A stretch of DNA of 64,000 nt, from positions 1,799 through 65,798 of the forward strand of contig JAYRQY010000108.1 in NCBI GenBank assembly GCA_041910365.1, written 5' to 3'. Position numbers and translations under genes: made by a program. The stretch is from Anaerolineaceae bacterium. GTDB lineage: Bacteria; Chloroflexota; Anaerolineae; Anaerolineales; Anaerolineaceae. This document shows, piece by piece, positions 57,190 through 64,000 of this stretch. The first letter of the stretch is position 1; each line of letters begins with the position of its first letter. The notes below the pieces were generated by a model. That model was not told the origin of the DNA. It did no database searches and was given only the letters and a program-made list of their open reading frames with translations.

Positions 57190-57963
57190 ATGTACGATCA
57201 GTTTTCAAGGGATTATGACCGTTTTGTCAATTGGCCCAGCCGGCTGGCGTTTGAAATGCCATTCCTTATCGATCAGCTTGGTGCGCTAAAAAAGCAGGAA
57301 GGCGTTCCTCTACGCGTCCTCGACGCCGCCTGCGGCACCGGGCAGCACGCCATTGCTCTTGCCAAGGAGGGGGTGAACGCCAGCGGCGCAGATATCAGCC
57401 CGGAAATGATCAACGTTGCCCGCCAGAACGCACAGGCAGCCGGGATGGATATCCGCTTTGAGGCGGTAGGGTTTGGCAGCCTGGAACAAACCTTCGGCGA
57501 GGGCAGTTGCGATGCGCTCCTCTGCCTGGGGAATTCGCTGCCGCATCTGCTGACCCCTGACGCACTCGCCGGCGCGCTCTCCGATTTTCATGCCTGCCTG
57601 AAACCCGGGGGGATGCTGCTCATCCAGAACCGAAATTTTGACGGCGTGTGCGCGCGGCGCGAACGCTGGATGGAGCCCCAGGCACACTCTGAGGGCAATC
57701 GGCAGTGGGTCTTCCAGCGTTTTTACGATTTTGAACCCGATGGACTGATCCGCTTCAATATCGTCACCCTTTACCGCGAGGGCAGCGAAGAATGGCGCGC
57801 CAGGCTTACGTCAACCCAACTCTCCCCGCAAACCCACACAGCGCTGTCTACGGCGTTGAGGGCTGCGGGGTTCAATCAGCTCCGTTTGTATGGCAGCCTC
57901 GCCGGCGCTGAGTATGATGCCGACAAGAGCGGCAACCTGGTCATCGTTGCCATAAGGGATTGA
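57190..57963 (+). CDS. Class I SAM-dependent methyltransferase
   Basis: Motif I VLDAACGTGQHAIALA, followed by the GADISPEM acidic loop. Confidence 0.85.
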   Translation: MYDQFSRDYDRFVNWPSRLAFEMPFLIDQLGALKKQEGVPLRVLDAACGTGQHAIALAKEGVNASGADISPEMINVARQNAQAAGMDIRFEAVGFGSLEQTFGEGSCDALLCLGNSLPHLLTPDALAGALSDFHACLKPGGMLLIQNRNFDGVCARRERWMEPQAHSEGNRQWVFQRFYDFEPDGLIRFNIVTLYREGSEEWRARLTSTQLSPQTHTALSTALRAAGFNQLRLYGSLAGAEYDADKSGNLVIVAIRD

Positions 57964-58018
57964 TTTCTCCGTTATTTTCTGTGCATAATTAATCCATCTC
58001 GCAGTCAAGGAGCCGTAT

Positions 58019-59131
58019 ATGGAAATCATCCAGGTGCAGACCCCCACGGAGTTGCAGCAGTTCATTGACCTCACTTACCGCCTGTACAAGGATGACCCGG
58101 TCTGGGTGGCTCCGCTGCGCTCGGAACAGCAGGCGCAATTCGTCCCCGCCAAAAACCCCATGCTGGATCACTGCACCTACGCGCTCTTCCTGGCAATTGA
58201 GGCAGGCCAGTGTATCGGGCGCATCTCGGCATTCCTCGATCACCTCGCACTGGATCACTGGAAGCAACCCATCGGCTTGTTTGGTTCCTTCGAGTGTGCG
58301 AATAATCCTGAAGCCGCCAGCAGGCTGCTCAGCACAGCGCGGGACTGGCTGCGCAGTAAAGGCATGACCCGGATGCGCGGACCCTGGAGCTTTGCCAGCC
58401 AGGAATGGGGGCTGGTGGTGGAGGGGTTCACGCCTTCACCGGTGATCCTCGCTCCCTATAATCCGACCTGGTACAACGACTTGTTGACGAATTTTGGATT
58501 AGGCAAAGCCAAAGACCTGATGGTTTATGTCATCGATGCCAGCGAGGGCTATGCCATCCCGCCGCGCATATTGGAATTGACTGGCAAGGTTGCCAAACGG
58601 TATGGCGTGCACACCCGCCCGGTGAACCTGAAGAACCTGGAAGCCGAGGTGATGACCATCACCCGCCTCGCCAATGAATCCATCTCCGATAACTGGGGCT
58701 TCTACCCGGTGACCGATGCCGAAGCCCGCGCGATGGCACGCGATCTCAAGCAGATCATCGATCCCAAGGCAGTCATCATTGCCGAAACCGCTGAAGGCAA
58801 ACCCATTGGCTTTGCCATGACGCTGCCGGATGTGAACGCGGTCCTCAAGGGGCTCAAGGGCTCCCTGCTGCCCTTTGGCTGGCTGAAGATGCTCACCCAA
58901 CTGCCGCGCTTGCATCAGTACCGCATGTGGGCGCTGGGCGTTATCCCCGAGTACCAGGGCAAGGCTATCGACACCCTGCTCTACCGCGCCACCTATGACG
59001 CCATCTACACCGATAAGCTCCGCCTGGAGATCAATTACGTCCTCGAAGACAATGACCGCATGAATAATGCGTTGTATAAGCTGGGTGTCAAGAACCTGCG
59101 CCGTTACCGCGTGTACGAGATGGAAATTTAA
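58019..59131 (+). CDS. Uncharacterised two-lobed GNAT-fold acyltransferase-like protein
   Basis: 370 aa. The C-terminal half has a GNAT-like core (ALGVIPEYQGKAIDTLLY). AAGGAG Shine-Dalgarno. Family assignment is tentative. Confidence 0.45.
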   Translation: MEIIQVQTPTELQQFIDLTYRLYKDDPVWVAPLRSEQQAQFVPAKNPMLDHCTYALFLAIEAGQCIGRISAFLDHLALDHWKQPIGLFGSFECANNPEAASRLLSTARDWLRSKGMTRMRGPWSFASQEWGLVVEGFTPSPVILAPYNPTWYNDLLTNFGLGKAKDLMVYVIDASEGYAIPPRILELTGKVAKRYGVHTRPVNLKNLEAEVMTITRLANESISDNWGFYPVTDAEARAMARDLKQIIDPKAVIIAETAEGKPIGFAMTLPDVNAVLKGLKGSLLPFGWLKMLTQLPRLHQYRMWALGVIPEYQGKAIDTLLYRATYDAIYTDKLRLEINYVLEDNDRMNNALYKLGVKNLRRYRVYEMEI

Positions 59132-59171
59132 ATTTTGATTTCGTTGTGGGCAGAACAGGTTCGCCGCACAA

Positions 59172-59210
59172 TTAAAAAAGCGTCCGGAGGATTTTGCATC
59201 TTCCGGACGC
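59172..59210 (-). terminator. Rho-independent terminator (minus strand; hairpin shared with the convergent plus-strand gene)
   Basis: GCGTCCGGA-13 nt-TCCGGACGC. On the minus strand it is followed by TTTTTT. Confidence 0.75.
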
Positions 59211-59238
59211 CTTAAATACCATCTTTATATGTGATTTA

Positions 59239-60534
59239 TTAGTTTGCGTCCCTGCACACCAGTGGCACAGCAGTGGAGCCCTGCGTACCCTCTCCCCATC
59301 CAATTCCGTACAGGTTCGGCAGCCCTGAATCCACTGCGCATTTATTGGACAGGCTAATCCAATAGTCGTACTGATCATAATCGTCCAGTATTTTTGATAA
59401 ATCGCCTGCGAACGCCGCATGAACCAGCAGCTGGTTGATCGAAGCACTGTCGAGTTTACTTCCGCTCGTGTTATTAACGCAGCTCAGGCATGTGACCTTT
59501 GCGCATTCGGTCAGCCTGGCCAGCAGGTTGGTGGCATCGTCCGTAATCTGTGTCATGAATATGTCATAATTTTCGGTCATATCCTGGGCTTTCTCTGCCT
59601 TGGATCGCCAGCCAATGAACTGGTACGCTGCCTCATCCACCCGGTTGCATTCCAATTTTTCCAGGTCTGACAGGTACATCGTGAACAGCCTGTCATGCGA
59701 TTTACCAACCTGGAGTTGGATTGCATCCGAAATTTCGGAGAGTGTCGCACCTATCAGGCTGTTGAGCAGAGCTGCCAGTTCTTGATCATCCTGGCTGCCG
59801 GGATTCACAGGCGGGTGAGCAAGTTGTTTCTGGATTTCCTGTTTGGTGACCTGGGCAACCCCATACAGCCCGGAACGTGTAATGTCGAAATAGACATCGG
59901 TCACATTGGTATTCTCTAATGCGGCTACCCCCACTGGGAACAGATGAAAATCTGTGCCGTTACCATCCGCCGCAAACCCGATCAATGAGGATTCATCATA
60001 CAATCCCGGCAGTTCAAAGCTGAGTGAGCCGGGTTCTTCCAACAGAAGCCCGTCCGGACCAAGGTGGACTGCTGCCAGGTAGCCCTGGCTGAAGGGGAGA
60101 TCCGTGATGGATGAAACGGGGGTGGCGGTGACGATGGAGCCAAGGATCAAGGAAAGGTTCCCACCGGCGTCCGGCATGAACATCCCCCCGTCAATCATTA
60201 GTGTGAATGGTATTCCCTCAGCGGTAGTGCCATTCTTGACGAAGCCGGAACCGACACCGGAGCCCGCAGTATCTGCGTTCGTGACTGCCAGCTCAGTATC
60301 CAGGACTGAGGTAATGGTGATGGGGTTGGGTTCCAGCGGAAATTTATCTGAAGAACTGCTCCCAGCGAGGAGCTCGCCGGAAGTGGATGGATTTTCTGTG
60401 GAAGTAACCCCGGCAGAAACCGCGGAATTTTCTCCTGAAGAGCCTTCGCGGGTGCCCGATGGACCGCAGGCTGCCAGAGCAAAGATTAACACGAACGAGC
60501 CGATCAAAAGATTACGAATTCGAATGTGTGGCAT
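59239..60534 (-). CDS. Uncharacterised lipoprotein with Ser/Gly-rich linker and Cys-rich C-terminal domain
   Basis: Start at MPHIRIRNLLIGSFVLIFALAACG (lipobox), preceded by GAGGGAG. No family recognised. Confidence 0.7.
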   Translation of the reverse strand: MPHIRIRNLLIGSFVLIFALAACGPSGTREGSSGENSAVSAGVTSTENPSTSGELLAGSSSSDKFPLEPNPITITSVLDTELAVTNADTAGSGVGSGFVKNGTTAEGIPFTLMIDGGMFMPDAGGNLSLILGSIVTATPVSSITDLPFSQGYLAAVHLGPDGLLLEEPGSLSFELPGLYDESSLIGFAADGNGTDFHLFPVGVAALENTNVTDVYFDITRSGLYGVAQVTKQEIQKQLAHPPVNPGSQDDQELAALLNSLIGATLSEISDAIQLQVGKSHDRLFTMYLSDLEKLECNRVDEAAYQFIGWRSKAEKAQDMTENYDIFMTQITDDATNLLARLTECAKVTCLSCVNNTSGSKLDSASINQLLVHAAFAGDLSKILDDYDQYDYWISLSNKCAVDSGLPNLYGIGWGEGTQGSTAVPLVCRDAN

Positions 60535-60614
60535 GCGTTTTTCTCCCTCTTTTTGTTCCAATTATCAGGTTTCAAACAGCTTAATACATACCAATTAAGA
60601 TATTAATTATCTTT

Positions 60615-60642
60615 ATTATATCATTTCTGAATATGAGATCAA
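60615..60642 (-). promoter_or_regulatory. Strong sigma70-type promoter for the 59239-60534 lipoprotein gene
   Basis: Minus strand reads TTGATC-16 nt (ending TGa)-TATAAT, about 75 nt upstream of the ATG. Confidence 0.55.
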
Positions 60643-60732
60643 CTGCTCTTTACAATAGGGGATGCAAAACCACAACTTGACAATCGAAATATCGTGCAGG
60701 AGGTGTTTTTCTATGAAGTTAATTTGGATCCA

Positions 60733-60772
60733 TTAAACAAAACAATCCTGAACAGTGTTTCAGGATCGTTTT
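60733..60772 (-). terminator. Rho-independent terminator after the GIN-domain gene
   Basis: 14-bp stem with one mismatch (60739-60752 / 60759-60772) and a 6-nt loop. A T-rich run follows on the minus strand. Confidence 0.7.
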
Positions 60773-60812
60773 GCTGCAATTTTTTTAGTTTAAATGACAG
60801 GGGTAGGTTTCG

Positions 60813-61682
60813 TTACTCATGCTCGCCCAGTGAATTGACCTTGCCGAAGCCGGTCATGCTTTGGGTCACGCGCGGGCTGCCGTAATATCCCACGTCACCG
60901 CTGCCGGTGATGTTGATATCGAGCGTGTCCGTTGCCCAGACGGTGGCGTTGCCAAAGCCGGTGATCTTGACCACGGCAGCCTGGCACTCCAGGTCTGCAC
61001 CGTCGTAATCTCCGGAGCCGAGGATCTGGACGTCCTGGCCGGTTACCTTGCCGCTCAGGCTGGCGTCGCCGAATCCGCTGATCTTCACTTCAAGGTCTTC
61101 CGCCTGGATTTCCTCCACGTTGATATCCCCGGAACCGGCGATCTCAATGGCGGCATTCGGGGTCTCGATGGCGCTGGAATTAAAATCGCCGAAACCGGAA
61201 ATGCGCACCAGCAGGGAATCGCTCGCGATGTTGCCGATATTGATGTCCCCGGAGCCGGCAAGCCTGACCTCCAGGTCTTTGCCGGTGAGTTCATCCGCAT
61301 CGATGTTGCCGAAGCCGGAGAGTTGAATGCCTTCAACGGATTTCATCACCAGGTTGTACTCGATGGTTCGGCTTGGGTTAAGCGAAACATTGGGCTCCAT
61401 GCCAATCTCAAGCGTGCCATTAACCACTTTTGTAGTGATGTACCGCATCAGGTTCTCATCCGCGGTGATGGTCAGGGATTCTGTGCTGCCCTGGGTGATG
61501 GTGAGGTTGCCGATGCTCTTCAAATCCACGCTGGTAAAACCGCTGACATCGCGATCCTCGGTGACGATGCTGCCCGAGCCGTTGATGTTCTTCTGATTCA
61601 CAAAGTCCGGCAGCCCGTTGATGGTGCAGGCGCTGAGGCTGAATACAAGAATGAGTGATACAAAAAGTAATTTCTTAAACAT
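60813..61682 (-). CDS. DUF2807 / head GIN domain lipoprotein (beta-helical repeat protein)
   Basis: Lipobox LSACT. Alternating GSGD and GFGD/N repeats are typical of GIN-domain proteins. Confidence 0.8.
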   Translation of the reverse strand: MFKKLLFVSLILVFSLSACTINGLPDFVNQKNINGSGSIVTEDRDVSGFTSVDLKSIGNLTITQGSTESLTITADENLMRYITTKVVNGTLEIGMEPNVSLNPSRTIEYNLVMKSVEGIQLSGFGNIDADELTGKDLEVRLAGSGDINIGNIASDSLLVRISGFGDFNSSAIETPNAAIEIAGSGDINVEEIQAEDLEVKISGFGDASLSGKVTGQDVQILGSGDYDGADLECQAAVVKITGFGNATVWATDTLDINITGSGDVGYYGSPRVTQSMTGFGKVNSLGEHE

Positions 61683-61810
61683 AGTGCTCTCCTTTTCTGT
61701 TAAAAAGCTTTAAAAGGATATACGCAAGCATTCAGGACGAGGTTGCATCGGGACGCATCATTGCGCGCAGGGAGTGCGAAGAGCATCTCGCACAGAGACA
61801 AAGAGGTAAC

Positions 61811-61851
61811 AAAAAAGACACCCGGTACCTTTTCACCAGATACCGGGTGTC
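61811..61851 (-). terminator. Rho-independent terminator after the DUF362 gene
   Basis: GACACCCGGTA-13 nt-TACCGGGTGTC. On the minus strand it is followed by TTTTTT. Confidence 0.8.
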
Positions 61852-61865
61852 TGCTCTTAGCAAGA

Positions 61866-63032
61866 CTAGCTGGCTGATACGTAGTAAGAATTGGTGGCGG
61901 GGCCGCGTTCCTTTAGCGGGAGCACATCCACCAAGTCATATTTCTGGCTGCCCAGCCCGAGCTTTTCACCATAGCGCAGCATGTTGTAGGGATCCTTGTA
62001 GATGCCGTGAAGCTGTGCGAACGGGTGCCCGCCATTGTTCTGCGGTTCCATCGAAGTGGGCAGGTTCTCCACGAACAATTGCAGGTTAGCGGTCTTATCC
62101 AGCACAGCCTGGTCCAGCGCTACGATGTCATCCGAACCAAAGATGCCGGCATCGTGCATGATGGGCATGCTGGTAAAGCCGAAGCAATCGCATACCGGCG
62201 TCATCTGCGTGGCAAGCGCCAAATGCGTGTGCTTGCCCTTTTCAAACGTTGAGAGTGTGATGGCGGTTGAAATGGCGCAGGCTTCCTGAAAACTGTTGAA
62301 GTTCGCCGGGACGATCTTGAGGCTGCCGGCAGGCGCCACCTTCTGGCAGCGCATGCACTGGTTGCAGGGCTCAAAATGGACGTGCAGCTCCTCCGGGTCT
62401 TGCCGGTCGAATACGATTGCTCCAAACGGGCAGGAATCGACAATCTTCTGCATCTGTGCTTTATCCGGGCAATTTTCCTTGAACCAGTATTTGTCAAAGT
62501 GCATGGTGTCATGCATCTTCGCGCGCGTCTCACCTGCCATGCAGCCCAGGGCAATGTTCTTAAAAGCGCCGCCGAACCCGCACGCCGGGTGCCCCTTGAT
62601 ATGGGCAAAATTGACCATAAAGGTGGCTTCTTCAACCATGCCTGCCACCTTCCAGGTCTTGATATTCTTGAATTCCCAATCGTGCGCTTTGTAGTACTCG
62701 TCATGCAGCCCGGCGATGGGGTATACCGGGCAGCCCAGCACTTCGGTGGTGTAGCCGCGGCTCTCGCAGCGCGCCACATCCCAATCCACATCCGCCACAA
62801 ACGGCTGCCCGCCGCCATCCTTGATAGCTTGCACCACCTTGCGCACGAACACCGGGTGGATCACCGAATAACCGATGTTGTTGCCCACGTGCAGTTTCAG
62901 GCACACCAACTCATTCTTCACCCGGTCGCGCAGGTGCAGCCGCTCCAGGATCAGGTCAAGTTTTGCCGGCAGGGTTTCTTCTGCATCCAGTTTGTTCTGG
63001 CGCGGAGATCCGTAGAATACAGTGGAAGTCAT
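61866..63032 (-). CDS. DUF362 domain protein with ferredoxin-type Cys clusters
   Basis: 388 aa. Cys motifs CPFGAI and CNQCMRC. N-terminal DUF362-like region (recalled family). Confidence 0.65.
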   Translation of the reverse strand: MTSTVFYGSPRQNKLDAEETLPAKLDLILERLHLRDRVKNELVCLKLHVGNNIGYSVIHPVFVRKVVQAIKDGGGQPFVADVDWDVARCESRGYTTEVLGCPVYPIAGLHDEYYKAHDWEFKNIKTWKVAGMVEEATFMVNFAHIKGHPACGFGGAFKNIALGCMAGETRAKMHDTMHFDKYWFKENCPDKAQMQKIVDSCPFGAIVFDRQDPEELHVHFEPCNQCMRCQKVAPAGSLKIVPANFNSFQEACAISTAITLSTFEKGKHTHLALATQMTPVCDCFGFTSMPIMHDAGIFGSDDIVALDQAVLDKTANLQLFVENLPTSMEPQNNGGHPFAQLHGIYKDPYNMLRYGEKLGLGSQKYDLVDVLPLKERGPATNSYYVSAS

Positions 63033-63103
63033 GGGTCACCTCTATTAGTAATAATGAGATAATAACAACTGATTATATCAAGGTTAACTTTAATGGGACC
63101 TGC

Positions 63104-63625
63104 ATGGATGAACTAATCACCCCGCGGTTGACGCTACTTCCCCTCACCCTGGAACAATTGGAAACCGGGTTGCGTTCCCTCAACGACCTTTCTGCCAGCG
63201 TGGGCGTGAACCTGGTGGAAGCACTCTTTAACGATGCAGTCGAGCGGGCTGTGCGCTTAAAAATTGAAAAAATGAAACGGGTGTCCCCAGCGCAGCATCC
63301 CTGGTTCACTTACTTCCTGATCGTGATCAATGTCGAGCAGGTTGGCGCAGGCATGGCGGGGTTCAAGGGCAGCCCGGATGAGCGCGGCGAGGTGGAGATC
63401 GGGTACGGCATCCATCCATTCTTCGGAGGCCGCGGTTACATGAGCGAAGCCGTGCAGGCGCTGGTTGCCTGGGCGTTCTCACACCCTGGGTGCCGCGCCA
63501 TCACTGCCTGCGGGGTGCTGCCGGATAACCTGGCTTCTCAGAAGGTGCTGCTGAAGAATGGTTTTGTTGAGGCAGGGCAAGGCGAGTCCGGCATTAACTT
63601 CAGGCTCAACCGTACAAATCTGTAA
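63104..63625 (+). CDS. GNAT family N-acetyltransferase (RimJ/RimL-like)
   Basis: ITPRLTLLPLT N-terminus and GNAT core EIGYGIHPFFGGRGYMSEAVQALVAWAF. Start at MDELITPRL. Confidence 0.82.
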   Translation: MDELITPRLTLLPLTLEQLETGLRSLNDLSASVGVNLVEALFNDAVERAVRLKIEKMKRVSPAQHPWFTYFLIVINVEQVGAGMAGFKGSPDERGEVEIGYGIHPFFGGRGYMSEAVQALVAWAFSHPGCRAITACGVLPDNLASQKVLLKNGFVEAGQGESGINFRLNRTNL

Positions 63626-63636
63626 AAACTTAACTA

Positions 63637-63665
63637 TTGACAGGTACGCCTGAAAATCCTAAAAT
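63637..63665 (+). promoter_or_regulatory. Near-consensus sigma70-type promoter
   Basis: TTGACA-17 nt-TAAAAT, 12 nt after the GNAT stop. Confidence 0.65.
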
Positions 63666-63671
63666 AGGCTA

Positions 63672-63966
63672 GCCGTAAGGGGTAACCCCCCGTAAATCGG
63701 AAGAAAGGTTTTGAAATGCTGCTGCAGGAAATGGATACAGCCAAAGACGTCCCCCCTCTTAGTTGCCGGGGAATCCTACGCGTATCCAAAGAAACTCGAG
63801 AACAATATTCGTCCGCTTGCCCTTTGGCTGTTTCAAATTCGGCGATTGCGGAAGAATTACACAAAGTGCCAGCCTGACCAGGGTTTCCTGGAGGTACAGC
63901 GGTGTTTCCTGACCGGCTGGCAAAAAGTGCCTGCCGGTTTTTATTTTGCTCGTTCGAGGAGGAGAC
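63672..63966 (+). promoter_or_regulatory. Long structured 5' leader, candidate riboswitch/attenuator of unassigned class
   Basis: About 295 nt between the promoter and the ATG. Long-range helices 63710-63716/63831-63837 and 63737-63746/63822-63831. Terminator and mutually exclusive antiterminator pairing at the 3' end. Confidence 0.55.
63913..63947 (+). terminator. Intrinsic terminator inside the leader (attenuator)
   Basis: CCGGCTGGC-7 nt-GCCTGCCGG (8 of 9 pairs) followed by TTTTTATTTT, 20 nt before the ATG. Confidence 0.7.
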
Positions 63967-64000
63967 ATGCCATTCATCAGCCAGATCATCAACAAACCCG
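63967..64000 (+). CDS. 5' end of an unidentified CDS (MPFISQIINKP...), continues beyond the window
   Basis: ATG preceded by GAGGAGGAG at optimal spacing. Only 11 codons are visible. Confidence 0.5.
   Translation, partial: MPFISQIINKP

Noticed and set aside
60713-60736. Seven-codon mini-ORF (MKLIWIH) with an AGGAGG site, followed by a strong hairpin on the plus strand. It looks like a leader peptide/attenuator.
   Set aside because: No -10 element follows the nearby TTGACA. Nothing is encoded downstream on the plus strand because the next gene is convergent. The hairpin is better explained as the terminator of the minus-strand GIN-domain gene.
60861-61658. 265-aa plus-strand ORF antisense to the GIN-domain gene. 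Similar long antisense ORFs occur at 2316-3296, 9651-10619, 11653-12555, 29226-30146 and 49027-49818.
   Set aside because: In every case the opposite strand encodes a protein with clear family motifs. The antisense translations are low-complexity and lack start signals.
63672-63966. Assigning the leader to the M-box (Mg2+) or T-box class
   Set aside because: Only short local matches exist (GCUGCUGC...CCAAAGACG and GGAGGUACAGCGG). Other hallmark segments are absent: GGUGAGGC and GUGCUAAAGC for the M-box, and AGAGA, the distal loops and the full GGGUGGUACCGCG for the T-box. The class is left open.

Overview
GC-rich, gene-dense bacterial chromosomal segment: about 57 protein-coding genes, 3 tRNAs, and no rRNA, CRISPR array, transposase, integrase or phage genes. 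Product calls come from motif recognition in the supplied translations; no database search was possible.

Most of the window is housekeeping:
- RNA processing: a beta-CASP hydrolase fragment and RNase D.
- Signalling: an OmpR-type two-component pair and an orphan GAF-PAS kinase that sits in a string with thrC, nth and a histidine phosphatase.
- Cell wall: two LysM-M23 peptidases flanking a Memo-like gene and priA.
- A long minus-strand block, glmU - CNNM/CorC - cdd - recO - fused glyQS - dnaG - rpoD - rho. Its order resembles the Bacillus cdd-era-recO-glyQS-dnaG-sigA region, but without era.
- An Opp/Dpp-type ABC system with two substrate-binding proteins, next to a YkfB/YkfC-like murein-peptide salvage pair, then rsgA, a PBP2-type transpeptidase, maf, and xpt-guaA.

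The right-hand third (44-64 kb) is more accessory:
- an FHA-domain transmembrane protein and a DUF3267 zincin-like protein;
- a repeat-rich spacer upstream of two tRNA-Ser genes;
- a TetR-controlled ABC-2/HlyD exporter;
- a GxGYxYP-like protein with a GPH transporter;
- a chagasin-family inhibitor, DUF998, a methyltransferase, GNAT-type proteins, two lipoproteins, and a DUF362 Fe-S protein.

The gene content (fused GlyRS, LysM-M23 proteins, monoderm-type lipoproteins) suggests a Chloroflexota-like organism, but this is a guess. I did not find a clear novel multi-gene system.

The items most worth follow-up are:
1. An unclassified riboswitch-like leader of about 295 nt at 63.64-63.97 kb, with promoter, long-range helices and a terminator/antiterminator.
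2. The modular repeat and hairpin region at 47.0-47.5 kb.
3. The murein-peptide recycling supercluster, which includes a cytoplasmic class-A beta-lactamase-fold protein.
4. A recurrent -10 hexamer placed 6-7 nt before the ATG, which suggests leaderless mRNAs.
5. A cell-wall hydrolase whose GTG start overlaps the rho stop.
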